This document shows, in pieces, positions 39,761 to 47,691 of a DNA stretch of 64,000 nucleotides. A program made the position numbers and the translations under genes. The notes below the pieces were generated by a model that was not told where the DNA came from, ran no database searches, and saw only the letters and a program-made list of their open reading frames with translations. Source of the DNA: Candidatus Poriferisodalis sp. (lineage in GTDB: Bacteria; Actinomycetota; Acidimicrobiia; Acidimicrobiales; Poriferisodalaceae); the NCBI RefSeq assembly GCF_965214215.1, contig NZ_CBDCBD010000002.1, positions 365,873 through 429,872 of the forward strand, read 5' to 3'. Numbering within the stretch: position 1 is the stretch's first letter; every line of letters starts with the position of its first letter.

Positions 39761-40741
39761 GTGTCTACGGCGCTCATCACTGGCATCACCGGTCAGGACG
39801 GCCAATACCTCGCAGAGACGCTGCACGCCAAGGGCTACCGGGTGGTGGGCGTGGTCACCGGCCAGCGCAACCCGCACGCCGATGCGCTGGCCAGCGGTCT
39901 GCCCTTCGTCGAACTGGTAGGAGGCGACCTGGCCGACCTGCCGTCGCTCATTGCCGCGCTGGAGTACTCCCAGCCCGATGAGGTGTACAACCTCGGTGCG
40001 ATCAGCTACGTGGCGCTCTCGTTCAAGCAAGCCGAGCTGACCGCCAACGTCAACGGCCTCGGCGTGCTGCGCCTGCTGGAAGCGATCCGCCTCGTAGGCG
40101 GCCAGGACAATCCGATCCGCTTCTACCAGGCTTCCTCCAGCGAGATGTTCGGCAAGGTGCGCGAGACGCCGCAGAACGAATTGACGCCGCTGCACCCACG
40201 CAGCCCCTACGGCTCGGCGAAGGTCTTCGGCCACCACACCACGGTGAACTACCGCGAGAGCTACGGGCTCTTCGCCTGCAGCGGAATCCTGTTCAACCAC
40301 GAATCGCCTCGCCGCGGTCTCGAATTCGTGACCCGCAAGGTCACCAACGCGGCTGCCCGCATCGCGCTTGGCCTCCAAGACGAGGTCGCTTTGGGCAACC
40401 TCGAAGCCAAACGTGATTGGGGCTTCGCCGGCGATTATGTGAGAGCGATGCATCTCATGCTGCAACAGGACGAGCCCGACGACTTCGTGATAGCCACCGG
40501 CGAGGCGCGCTCAGTTCGAGAGTTCGTGCAGCTCGCCTTCTCTGCTGCGGGTATCGACGACTGGGAGCGGCATGTGCGCATCGACCCTCGCTTCTTCCGC
40601 CCAGCCGAGGTCGACCTGCTGGTCGGCGACGCATCGAAGGCGCATCGCGTTCTCGGCTGGGCGCCCCAGATGCCCTTTGAAACTCTGGTCACCTCGATGG
40701 TGGCCCACGACCTCGAGATCGAACGCCGCAAACTCGCCTGA
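39761..40741 (+). CDS. gmd: GDP-mannose 4,6-dehydratase
   Basis: GTG 39761 (GGAG 9 nt upstream) within ORF 38723-40741. [46 protein letters not shown] and [15 protein letters not shown] are all Gmd hallmarks. Confidence 0.93.
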   Translation: MSTALITGITGQDGQYLAETLHAKGYRVVGVVTGQRNPHADALASGLPFVELVGGDLADLPSLIAALEYSQPDEVYNLGAISYVALSFKQAELTANVNGLGVLRLLEAIRLVGGQDNPIRFYQASSSEMFGKVRETPQNELTPLHPRSPYGSAKVFGHHTTVNYRESYGLFACSGILFNHESPRRGLEFVTRKVTNAAARIALGLQDEVALGNLEAKRDWGFAGDYVRAMHLMLQQDEPDDFVIATGEARSVREFVQLAFSAAGIDDWERHVRIDPRFFRPAEVDLLVGDASKAHRVLGWAPQMPFETLVTSMVAHDLEIERRKLA

Positions 40742-40791
40742 GCCGACGCGAACCCGGTGACGCCGCAACACCGAGCGGCCGGCGCGATTGC

Positions 40792-41781
40792 GTGTCGGAC
40801 CGCTTAACGTCTCAGCCCGTGCCGAAGGATCATGTGGCAGTTTTGGCCGGCGGTGTGGGGGCAGCCCGGTTCCTGAACGGGCTGCTGCGCGTCCGCCCAG
40901 CGACCGACGTCACAGCGATCGTCAACGTCGGCGACGACTTCACGCTGCATGGTCTGAGCATCAGTCCCGACCTCGACACCGTCACCTACACGCTCGCCGA
41001 CCAGATCAACCCTGAGACCGGCTGGGGGCGGGCAGGCGAGACGTGGCGGGTGCTCATCGAATTGGGGCGACTGGGCGGGCAGGACTGGTTCAAGCTCGGC
41101 GATTTGGACCTTGCCCTGCACCTCTTCCGCACACAGCGCCGCAGCGAGGGCGCATCTCTGTCACAGGTGACCGCTGAGATCGCTGCCAGCTTCGGCCTCG
41201 AGCTGACACTGCTGCCGGTCAGCGACGACGCCATCGCAACCCGAATCACCCCCGCTGAGCCCGACGGGGCCGCCGAGATCGACTTTCAGGAATACTTCGT
41301 CGCCCACCAGCACGGCATCGCTGTGGGCTCGATTCGCTTCGCTGGCATCGACACCGCCAAGCCAGCGCCGGGTGTGCTCGATGCCTTGAAAGACGCAGAG
41401 ACCGTCGTCGTGGCGCCGTCGAACCCCTTCGTCTCGATCGGCCCGGTCGTCGGCGTGCCACAGGTGCGCGAGACGCTCGCCAGCCGCCGTGACCACGTCG
41501 TCGCCGTATCGCCCATCGTGGGCGGCGCATCGATCAAGGGGCCCGCGGGCGCGATGATGAGTGAACTGGGTCACGAACCCAGCGTCGTCGGGGTCGCACG
41601 GCTCTACGCCGGCTTCGCCAGCACCCTGGTGATCGACCACGCTGATGCCTTGCTCGCTGGCGAAGTGGCGCAAGCAGGGATGACGCCGGTCGTCACCGAC
41701 ACCATCATGGCCGACCCGGACCGTGCCGCCTCGCTGGCCCGGGCAACGCTGGACGCCGCCGGCGCGAGGGGAATCACATGA
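40792..41781 (+). CDS. cofD: 2-phospho-L-lactate (EPPG) transferase, F420 biosynthesis
   Basis: 329 aa. VAVLAGGVGAARFLNGL, NVGDDF, SPDLDTVTYTLA, NPFVSIGP. Confidence 0.93.
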   Translation: MSDRLTSQPVPKDHVAVLAGGVGAARFLNGLLRVRPATDVTAIVNVGDDFTLHGLSISPDLDTVTYTLADQINPETGWGRAGETWRVLIELGRLGGQDWFKLGDLDLALHLFRTQRRSEGASLSQVTAEIAASFGLELTLLPVSDDAIATRITPAEPDGAAEIDFQEYFVAHQHGIAVGSIRFAGIDTAKPAPGVLDALKDAETVVVAPSNPFVSIGPVVGVPQVRETLASRRDHVVAVSPIVGGASIKGPAGAMMSELGHEPSVVGVARLYAGFASTLVIDHADALLAGEVAQAGMTPVVTDTIMADPDRAASLARATLDAAGARGIT

Positions 41782-42488
41782 CTATCGAATTGCACCCCGT
41801 CGAAGGCATCGGCGAGATCACGCTCGGCGCCGATCTCGGAGCGGTCATCGCAAGTGCCTGCGAAACGTCACCCGCCGGTCTGGCTGAGGGCGACGTGCTC
41901 GTCGTGACCCAGAAGATCGTCTCCAAGGCCGAGGGAGCAATGGAACAGATCGATCCCGACGATCCGTTGTCGCACAAGCCCCTGGTTGAGCGCGAGTCGG
42001 TTCGCATCCTGCGTCGGCGTGGCGATCTCATCATCAGCGAGACCAAACACGGATTCATCTGCGCCAACGCAGGAATCGACCTGTCCAACGTCGAGCGGGG
42101 CTACGCCGCATTGCTGCCCGACGACAGCGACCGTTCCGCCAACAAGATCCGTGACCGCATCCGGGCATTGTCAGGGTGCAGCGTCGGGGTGATCATTTCC
42201 GACACATTCGGGCGTCCGTGGCGGCGCGGCGTCACCGACGTGGCCATCGGTTGCGCGGGCATCGCTGCGGTCGTCGATCTCAAAGGCACCAACGATGCAC
42301 TGGGACGCGAGCTCATGGTCACCGAAGTGTGCGTGGCCGACGAGATCGCCTCCGCTGCCGATTTGGTGTGCGGCAAGGCTCGGGGTGTGCCAGTTGCGAT
42401 CGTGCGGGGCGTCGACCCGAGCTGGTTGAGGCGCGCTTCGGTGCGGTCGGAGATCATCCGCGAGCCAGCCGAAGACCTGTTCCGCTAG
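41778..42488 (+). CDS. cofE: Coenzyme F420-0:L-glutamate ligase (CofE domain only)
   Basis: 236 aa. DVLVVTQKIVSKAEG, GFICANAGIDLSN, ISDTFGRPWRRGVTDVAIG. ATGA overlap with cofD. There is no C-terminal nitroreductase-like domain. Confidence 0.9.
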   Translation: MTIELHPVEGIGEITLGADLGAVIASACETSPAGLAEGDVLVVTQKIVSKAEGAMEQIDPDDPLSHKPLVERESVRILRRRGDLIISETKHGFICANAGIDLSNVERGYAALLPDDSDRSANKIRDRIRALSGCSVGVIISDTFGRPWRRGVTDVAIGCAGIAAVVDLKGTNDALGRELMVTEVCVADEIASAADLVCGKARGVPVAIVRGVDPSWLRRASVRSEIIREPAEDLFR

Positions 42489-42500
42489 ATAGGCGCGCCC

Positions 42501-42578
42501 GCTGAGGAGGCGGCAGGACCCTCTGCTCCCGCGATCCGGCAGGTCGCAACGTCGCAGAGTCTCCTGCCGCCTCCGCAG
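42501..42578 (+). repeat. Palindromic repeat family 1, copy A
   Basis: gctgaggaggcggcaggaccctctgctcccgcgatccggcaggtcgcaacgtcgcagagtctcctgccgcctccgcag. The 13-bp terminal arms GGAGGCGGCAGGA/TCCTGCCGCCTCC pair perfectly. It lies between convergent cofE and manC. Confidence 0.85.
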
Positions 42579-42600
42579 CTATGACATCTGGTCCTCTCCG

Positions 42601-43644
42601 TTATCGCTCCAGGCCAGGGGGCGGCTGGCGCTGGGCGCGCAGTACGGCACTCGGAGCAACCCGTTCGCCGCTGCCGACCACCGCGAATTCACTGAGCAGG
42701 GCTCCAGCACCGACGACGACATCGGGGCCGAGCACCGAATCGACTACGACGGCTCCAGCGTCGAGGTGGCAGCCGTCTCCCAGGACTGAGCGCTGGACGA
42801 CGGCATCGGGTCCGATCAGGCACCCGGATCCCACGACCGACGTCTGGATGCGCGAAGTCGGATGGACGCCCGCTGATGCCACTGTCGTGCCGTTCGGCAC
42901 CCGGGCATGAGGGCGGCGACCCTCGACGATGTCCAGGCTTGCCGCCAGGTACTGCTGCGGCGTACCTGTGTCGAGCCAGTATGTGTCGGACACCAGCGCA
43001 GCCAATGCTGCGTCCGCGACGATCTGGGGGAAGATCTCCCGCTCGATGGAGACGGACCGGTCGGGCGCGATGCGATCGAGCACCGCTGGAACGAGCACGT
43101 AGCTGCCAGCGCTGATCGTTGGTCGTTCGGAATGCGGCTGCGCGGCGGGCAGCGAGCCCTGGTCCGGTTTTTCGGAGAACGACAGCACCCGCCCTGACGT
43201 ATCGGTCACCACGAGGCCGTACCGCGTCGCATCGGCGACCGGCTGCAGCGCGATGGTGGCTTCGGCTCCCGAACTGCGGTGAAAGCTCGCGAGGGCTCCC
43301 AAGTCCAGGTCGGTCAGGACGTCGCCGTTGAGCACGAAGAACGGTCCCGTTATGCCGCTCGCCTCGGCGGCGAATCGCACAGCTCCCGCCGTGCCGAGCG
43401 GCTCAGGCTCGACTGCCACCTCATATGCGAGCTGGCCGATGCGCCCGTGGGGGTAGGCAGTGGTGAACGCCTCAGCGCGGTAGCCCAGCGAGAGCACCAC
43501 CTCGGAGACGCCATGCCGGTACAGGTGCTCGCAGACCCACTCGATCATCGGACGGCCGCACACCGGCAGCATCTGCTTGGGGGTGTCGTTGGTCAGCGGA
43601 CGCAGCCGGGTGCCGAATCCGCCCAGCAGCAGGATCGCCTTCAT
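42601..43644 (-). CDS. manC: Mannose-1-phosphate guanylyltransferase / NDP-sugar pyrophosphorylase
   Basis: 347 aa. MKAILLLGGFGTRLRPLTNDTPKQMLPV, plus C-terminal left-handed beta-helix hexapeptide repeats. Confidence 0.88.
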   Translation of the reverse strand: MKAILLLGGFGTRLRPLTNDTPKQMLPVCGRPMIEWVCEHLYRHGVSEVVLSLGYRAEAFTTAYPHGRIGQLAYEVAVEPEPLGTAGAVRFAAEASGITGPFFVLNGDVLTDLDLGALASFHRSSGAEATIALQPVADATRYGLVVTDTSGRVLSFSEKPDQGSLPAAQPHSERPTISAGSYVLVPAVLDRIAPDRSVSIEREIFPQIVADAALAALVSDTYWLDTGTPQQYLAASLDIVEGRRPHARVPNGTTVASAGVHPTSRIQTSVVGSGCLIGPDAVVQRSVLGDGCHLDAGAVVVDSVLGPDVVVGAGALLSEFAVVGSGERVAPSAVLRAQRQPPPGLER

Positions 43645-43667
43645 CTGCAGATCCTCGTGCCGGAGAC

Positions 43668-44561
43668 TCAGGATGCGGCGCTCGACTGTTCGTTGCCCAT
43701 CGAGTTCTCCTCGGCAGCGGGCTCGGGGGGTTCGGCCGGCTCGGACGTTTCGGCGGGCTCGGACGTTTCGGGAAGATCGCCCTCGGCTGGCTCGTTCTCG
43801 CCCCCGTCGGGAATCGGTCCCTCTTGGTTCAAGTCGTCGATCAACGGTTGATCTTCCGGAGGCAGATTGAGATAGGCGCGCAGGAAGGCGTCGTCGGGTC
43901 GTGGAACGTCAGCGTTGTCGATGCTCGGGTGGACGAAGGCAAACACGAAGATCTGGCCATCGCCAAGGAAGCGCACGTCGCGCAGATCATCGGTGAACGC
44001 CAGCGCCTTCTCGGCCTGGAGAGTCTCCCAGCGCATGATGCGCAGTTCCGCTCCCGGCTCGGCTATGTCGGGGTCGTCGCTGTTGGGGTCAGGTGAGGCA
44101 CATCCGTCGCCGGACTCATCGAGAATGGTCCCATCGGGAAGCTCGAGCCTCGAGTCGGTCATCTCGACCTCGATCTCGCGCATGAACGCTCCCACGGTGG
44201 CGAACTGGCCTGTCACGCCGGTGTGGAACGGATGAATGTGGATGAGCCCGTCACCATGTGTATGGATGCCCGATTGGTCATCGACGTCGTTGGGGTACAG
44301 GTCGAAGATGAACTCGTCACAGTCGTAGATCGCGTAGAGCGAGTGCCAGTGATCGCCCAAGCGCGGCGGGCCTGCGGGAGCATTCGCAGAGCGTTCGTTG
44401 CGGGCCACCAAAATCAGCACGACACCGAGTGCGACGACGAGGAGCATCGCCGCTGGAAACAGGATGTCGCGCCGGGGGCGAAAGCTCCTACCGCTTCCGC
44501 CAGCGCTCGCTGCTTTGGCAACCTTCTTGGCAGCGGCTGATCTCGCCATACGGGGCGACAA
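43668..44561 (-). CDS. Membrane-anchored His-rich hypothetical protein
   Basis: 297 aa. Basic N-terminus plus one TM (ILFPAAMLLVVALGVVLILV), then GDHWHSLYAIYDCDEF...GIHTHGDGLIHIHPFH, and an acidic Pro/Glu tail with ETSEPA repeats. Confidence 0.65.
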   Translation of the reverse strand: MSPRMARSAAAKKVAKAASAGGSGRSFRPRRDILFPAAMLLVVALGVVLILVARNERSANAPAGPPRLGDHWHSLYAIYDCDEFIFDLYPNDVDDQSGIHTHGDGLIHIHPFHTGVTGQFATVGAFMREIEVEMTDSRLELPDGTILDESGDGCASPDPNSDDPDIAEPGAELRIMRWETLQAEKALAFTDDLRDVRFLGDGQIFVFAFVHPSIDNADVPRPDDAFLRAYLNLPPEDQPLIDDLNQEGPIPDGGENEPAEGDLPETSEPAETSEPAEPPEPAAEENSMGNEQSSAAS

Positions 44562-44610
44562 GCTACCGGCGCTTGGCGACTATGAGTGAGTGCGCTGCGC
44601 GGATGCCGCC

Positions 44611-44688
44611 GCGGCGGGGGCACCAGGGCCCTCTGCTCCAGCGATCCGGCAGGTCGCAACGTCGCAGAGTTCCCTGCCGCCCCCGCAG
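44611..44688 (+). repeat. Palindromic repeat family 1, copy B
   Basis: gcggcgggggcaccagggccctctgctccagcgatccggcaggtcgcaacgtcgcagagttccctgccgcccccgcag. The core is nearly identical to copy A. It lies immediately downstream of the ugd stop. Confidence 0.85.
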
Positions 44689-44719
44689 ATGTGACGCGGG
44701 TGCGCTTTCGCTGTGGCGG

Positions 44720-46093
44720 TCAGCGGCGGCCGAGACCTTCGTAGACGAAGCCCGCTGCGCGCAGCTTGGTTGGATCGAGCAGGTTGCGTGCATCCACGAT
44801 GCGAGCTGCATCCATCACTGAAGCCGCCCGCTCCCAGTCCAGGTCGGCGAATTCGGGCCACTCCGTGAGCACGACGGCCACATCGGCACCCGCGAGGGCG
44901 TCGTACATCGAGCCGCTCACCGTGAGGGTCGCCGGAAGCTGCGCGGCGATGTCGGGACGATTATCGAGATCGGCGAGCGCCGGGTCGTACGCCACGAGAC
45001 GCGCTCCACGAGCACTGAGCCGTTCGGCAACCCGCAGCGCCGGGGAACCGCGCAGGTCATCGGTCCCGGCCTTGAAGGTCAGGCCCAGCACGGCCACGGT
45101 GACCCCGTCGAGATCGCAGGAACGCAGATCCATCTCATCAGCGCCCGGATCGGACCGACCGCCTGGTCCGTCGGCGGCCATGCGAGCGACCTTGTCGGCC
45201 ACACGCTCGAGCTGCTGCTCGTTGACGGTGATGACCCCTTCGAGCAGGTCGAAGACGTACCCCGCGTCATGGGCGACCGACACCAATGCACGAGTGTCCT
45301 TCGGCAGACATGATCCGCCCCAGCCGGGACCGGGCTGGAGGTATGCCGAGCCGATGCGGTGATCGGTGCCTACCCCTGCGAGGACGGTGTCGACATCGGC
45401 GCCAACGGCTTCACAGACCGCTGCGAGCGCATTCACGAATGAGACCTTGGCGGCCAGGAAGGCGTTTGCCGCGTACTTGACGGTTTCGGCTGATGTCGGA
45501 TCGCTGAGGATCACCGGTGCCTCCACACCGGCATACAGCGCCGCCACCCGGCGTGCCACTGAGGTGTCGTCGGCCCCGATGACGATGCGGTCAGGTGCCA
45601 GGAAGTCGTGGACTGCCGACCCCTCTCGCAGAAACTCGGGATTCGACGCCAGCGCCACATCGGTTCGCCCCAGCGCCGCAGCGATCTTGGGAGCGGTGCC
45701 CACCGGCACCGTCGACTTGGTCACCACGACAGAGCCAGGCTGCAGGCGGGAGGCCACCGAATCGAGCGCTGTCAGCAAGTAGCTGAGCTCGGTCTCGCCG
45801 TCGTCCCGCAGCGGCGTCGGCACGCAGATGAAGGCGAAGTCGCATGTGGCCGCGACCGTCTCGGCCGAGATCACGAAGCGGAGGCGCCTCTTGGCGATGC
45901 CTTCAGCAACGAGTCGATCAAGTTCGGCCTCGCGAATCGGCACGACACCCGCCGACAGCGACGCCACCTTGGCACGGTCGATGTCGGCACAGATGACGTC
46001 GTGACCGAGGTGCGCGAAGCACGCAGCCGTCGTGAGGCCGACGTAGCCGGCGCCGACAACGAGGATGCGGTGCTGGGGCGATGCCGCGCTCAC
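44720..46093 (-). CDS. ugd: UDP-glucose 6-dehydrogenase
   Basis: 457 aa. ILVVGAGYVGLTTAACFAHLGHDV, NPEFLREGSAV, GWGGSCLPKD. Confidence 0.93.
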   Translation of the reverse strand: MSAASPQHRILVVGAGYVGLTTAACFAHLGHDVICADIDRAKVASLSAGVVPIREAELDRLVAEGIAKRRLRFVISAETVAATCDFAFICVPTPLRDDGETELSYLLTALDSVASRLQPGSVVVTKSTVPVGTAPKIAAALGRTDVALASNPEFLREGSAVHDFLAPDRIVIGADDTSVARRVAALYAGVEAPVILSDPTSAETVKYAANAFLAAKVSFVNALAAVCEAVGADVDTVLAGVGTDHRIGSAYLQPGPGWGGSCLPKDTRALVSVAHDAGYVFDLLEGVITVNEQQLERVADKVARMAADGPGGRSDPGADEMDLRSCDLDGVTVAVLGLTFKAGTDDLRGSPALRVAERLSARGARLVAYDPALADLDNRPDIAAQLPATLTVSGSMYDALAGADVAVVLTEWPEFADLDWERAASVMDAARIVDARNLLDPTKLRAAGFVYEGLGRR

Positions 46094-47691
46094 GGCACCA
46101 GCTGTTCGGCGGCAGGCACATCGACCCTCCGGTAACCGGGGTCAGTGCGAGGCGGCTCGTCACCGATGTGCAGGATCACCGTGGTTGCGTCGAGCTCGGC
46201 ATAGCCGGCGAATTCTGGCACAGGCAGCAGGTGACTGGCCAGCAGGCCCGCGGCAAGCCGTCCCACCGGGGCCAGGTAGACCACCGTGGTCCCCGGCGGT
46301 TCCGAAATGCCCTCTGGCATCGCCCCAGCAGCCTGCGCGTCGAAGCCGATCTCGGCCAGCTCTGCTGCTAGCCGGTGCCGTCCGGTGCCGGTGACCTGCA
46401 CTGTCACGCGCGACTCGACAATGTCGTCCCAGCCGATGCCTGCGAACACGTCCAGCACGCGCTGGTTGTGCTCGGCGCGCTCGGGGTCCAGCCCGAGCGA
46501 CCACCTCACGGGTTCGTGGACATCCACCAGCCTCAGCTTGTAGTCCTCAACGTCGGCGTCGAAGTCGATGCCGGAGAACTCCGATGCGAGTCTGCGGCCG
46601 TCGCTCACAGTGCCCAGCGTGTCCGACGTCGACACATGGTCAGCCGCTATGTCGAGCACGGAGAGCAACTTGAGCGGGTTTGCAAACAAGGCGGGTGCAA
46701 CCTGCCCAGCCGCGATGCGCATGAACGCCCGCTGGCGGTCGTTGCGGGCCAAATCGTTCCAAGCGCCGTAGCGCTGCCAGGTTCCGTCATCCGACTGGGC
46801 TTCGAGATGCCGACTGCGGACATAGGCGAGTGCCTGCCTGCCGTCGAGGCGATGAGTGCCTGCGGGGGTGAAGAACCCGCTGCGGCTGTCCGCCGGATCA
46901 GTGGCGTCTTCCTTGAGCTGGTCGCGCAGCGGCCGGTCAAAGCTCATGGTGACGCCGCCGACAGCATCGACCAGCCGCAGGAACGCTTGGAAGTCGACTT
47001 CGATGTAGTGCTGCAGCGTGATGCCGAGGTTGTTCTCGACCGTGTCGATCAGACGGGCAGCGCGCGCCGCCGTGGTGGTGTCGCGGTTGTAGGCGCTGTT
47101 GATCTTGGCGACGACGCCGGTTCCGGCAATATCGCTCGTGCCCGCGATCTCCGCCGCTAGGTCACGCGGGATCGACATCATCGCCGCCGTGCCGTCATCT
47201 CGCAAGCGAATCACCATGATCACGTCTGCCAGCCGGCTGAAATCCGAGTGGCCGTTGCGCAGCGGATCGTCGGGCGCGAGTCCCAGGGTGCTGTCGGTAC
47301 CGACCAGCAAGTAGTTCTCCCCAGTCGAGCCGCCCGGCAGAACGGGTTCACCGGCGGAGAGGTCGACGGCGTCAAGCGAGTCCGTAGGTGAATTCGAGTC
47401 GACAACCGAAGTGATGCCGTCGCCTCGGGTGACCTCGCTGTTGCGTTCATCGCCCACGGCTGTCTCGCTGTCAGGATTCGCAGCGATCGAGATCGGCTGG
47501 TCGATCACCACGTCGGCCGCAGTCACGGGCTGGCGGGGGGCGGAGGTCAGCACATCGGCCAACTCGTGCCGCTCGATCCGTCCGAGCTGCAGCAGCACAA
47601 ATGCAGATGCACCAGTCGCGACTGCTCCCATGAGGGTCAGAACTGCCAGCGCGACAAGGACGAGGCGAGTCCGCCGGCTGCGATGGCTCAC
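46090..47691 (-). CDS. LytR-CpsA-Psr (LCP) family glycopolymer ligase with LytR_C domain
   Basis: 533 aa. N-terminal TM, NYLLVGTDS, ADVIMVIRL, SIPRDL, KINSAY, and a C-terminal LytR_C-like region. 4-nt overlaps with both neighbours. Confidence 0.9.
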   Translation of the reverse strand: MSHRSRRTRLVLVALAVLTLMGAVATGASAFVLLQLGRIERHELADVLTSAPRQPVTAADVVIDQPISIAANPDSETAVGDERNSEVTRGDGITSVVDSNSPTDSLDAVDLSAGEPVLPGGSTGENYLLVGTDSTLGLAPDDPLRNGHSDFSRLADVIMVIRLRDDGTAAMMSIPRDLAAEIAGTSDIAGTGVVAKINSAYNRDTTTAARAARLIDTVENNLGITLQHYIEVDFQAFLRLVDAVGGVTMSFDRPLRDQLKEDATDPADSRSGFFTPAGTHRLDGRQALAYVRSRHLEAQSDDGTWQRYGAWNDLARNDRQRAFMRIAAGQVAPALFANPLKLLSVLDIAADHVSTSDTLGTVSDGRRLASEFSGIDFDADVEDYKLRLVDVHEPVRWSLGLDPERAEHNQRVLDVFAGIGWDDIVESRVTVQVTGTGRHRLAAELAEIGFDAQAAGAMPEGISEPPGTTVVYLAPVGRLAAGLLASHLLPVPEFAGYAELDATTVILHIGDEPPRTDPGYRRVDVPAAEQLVP

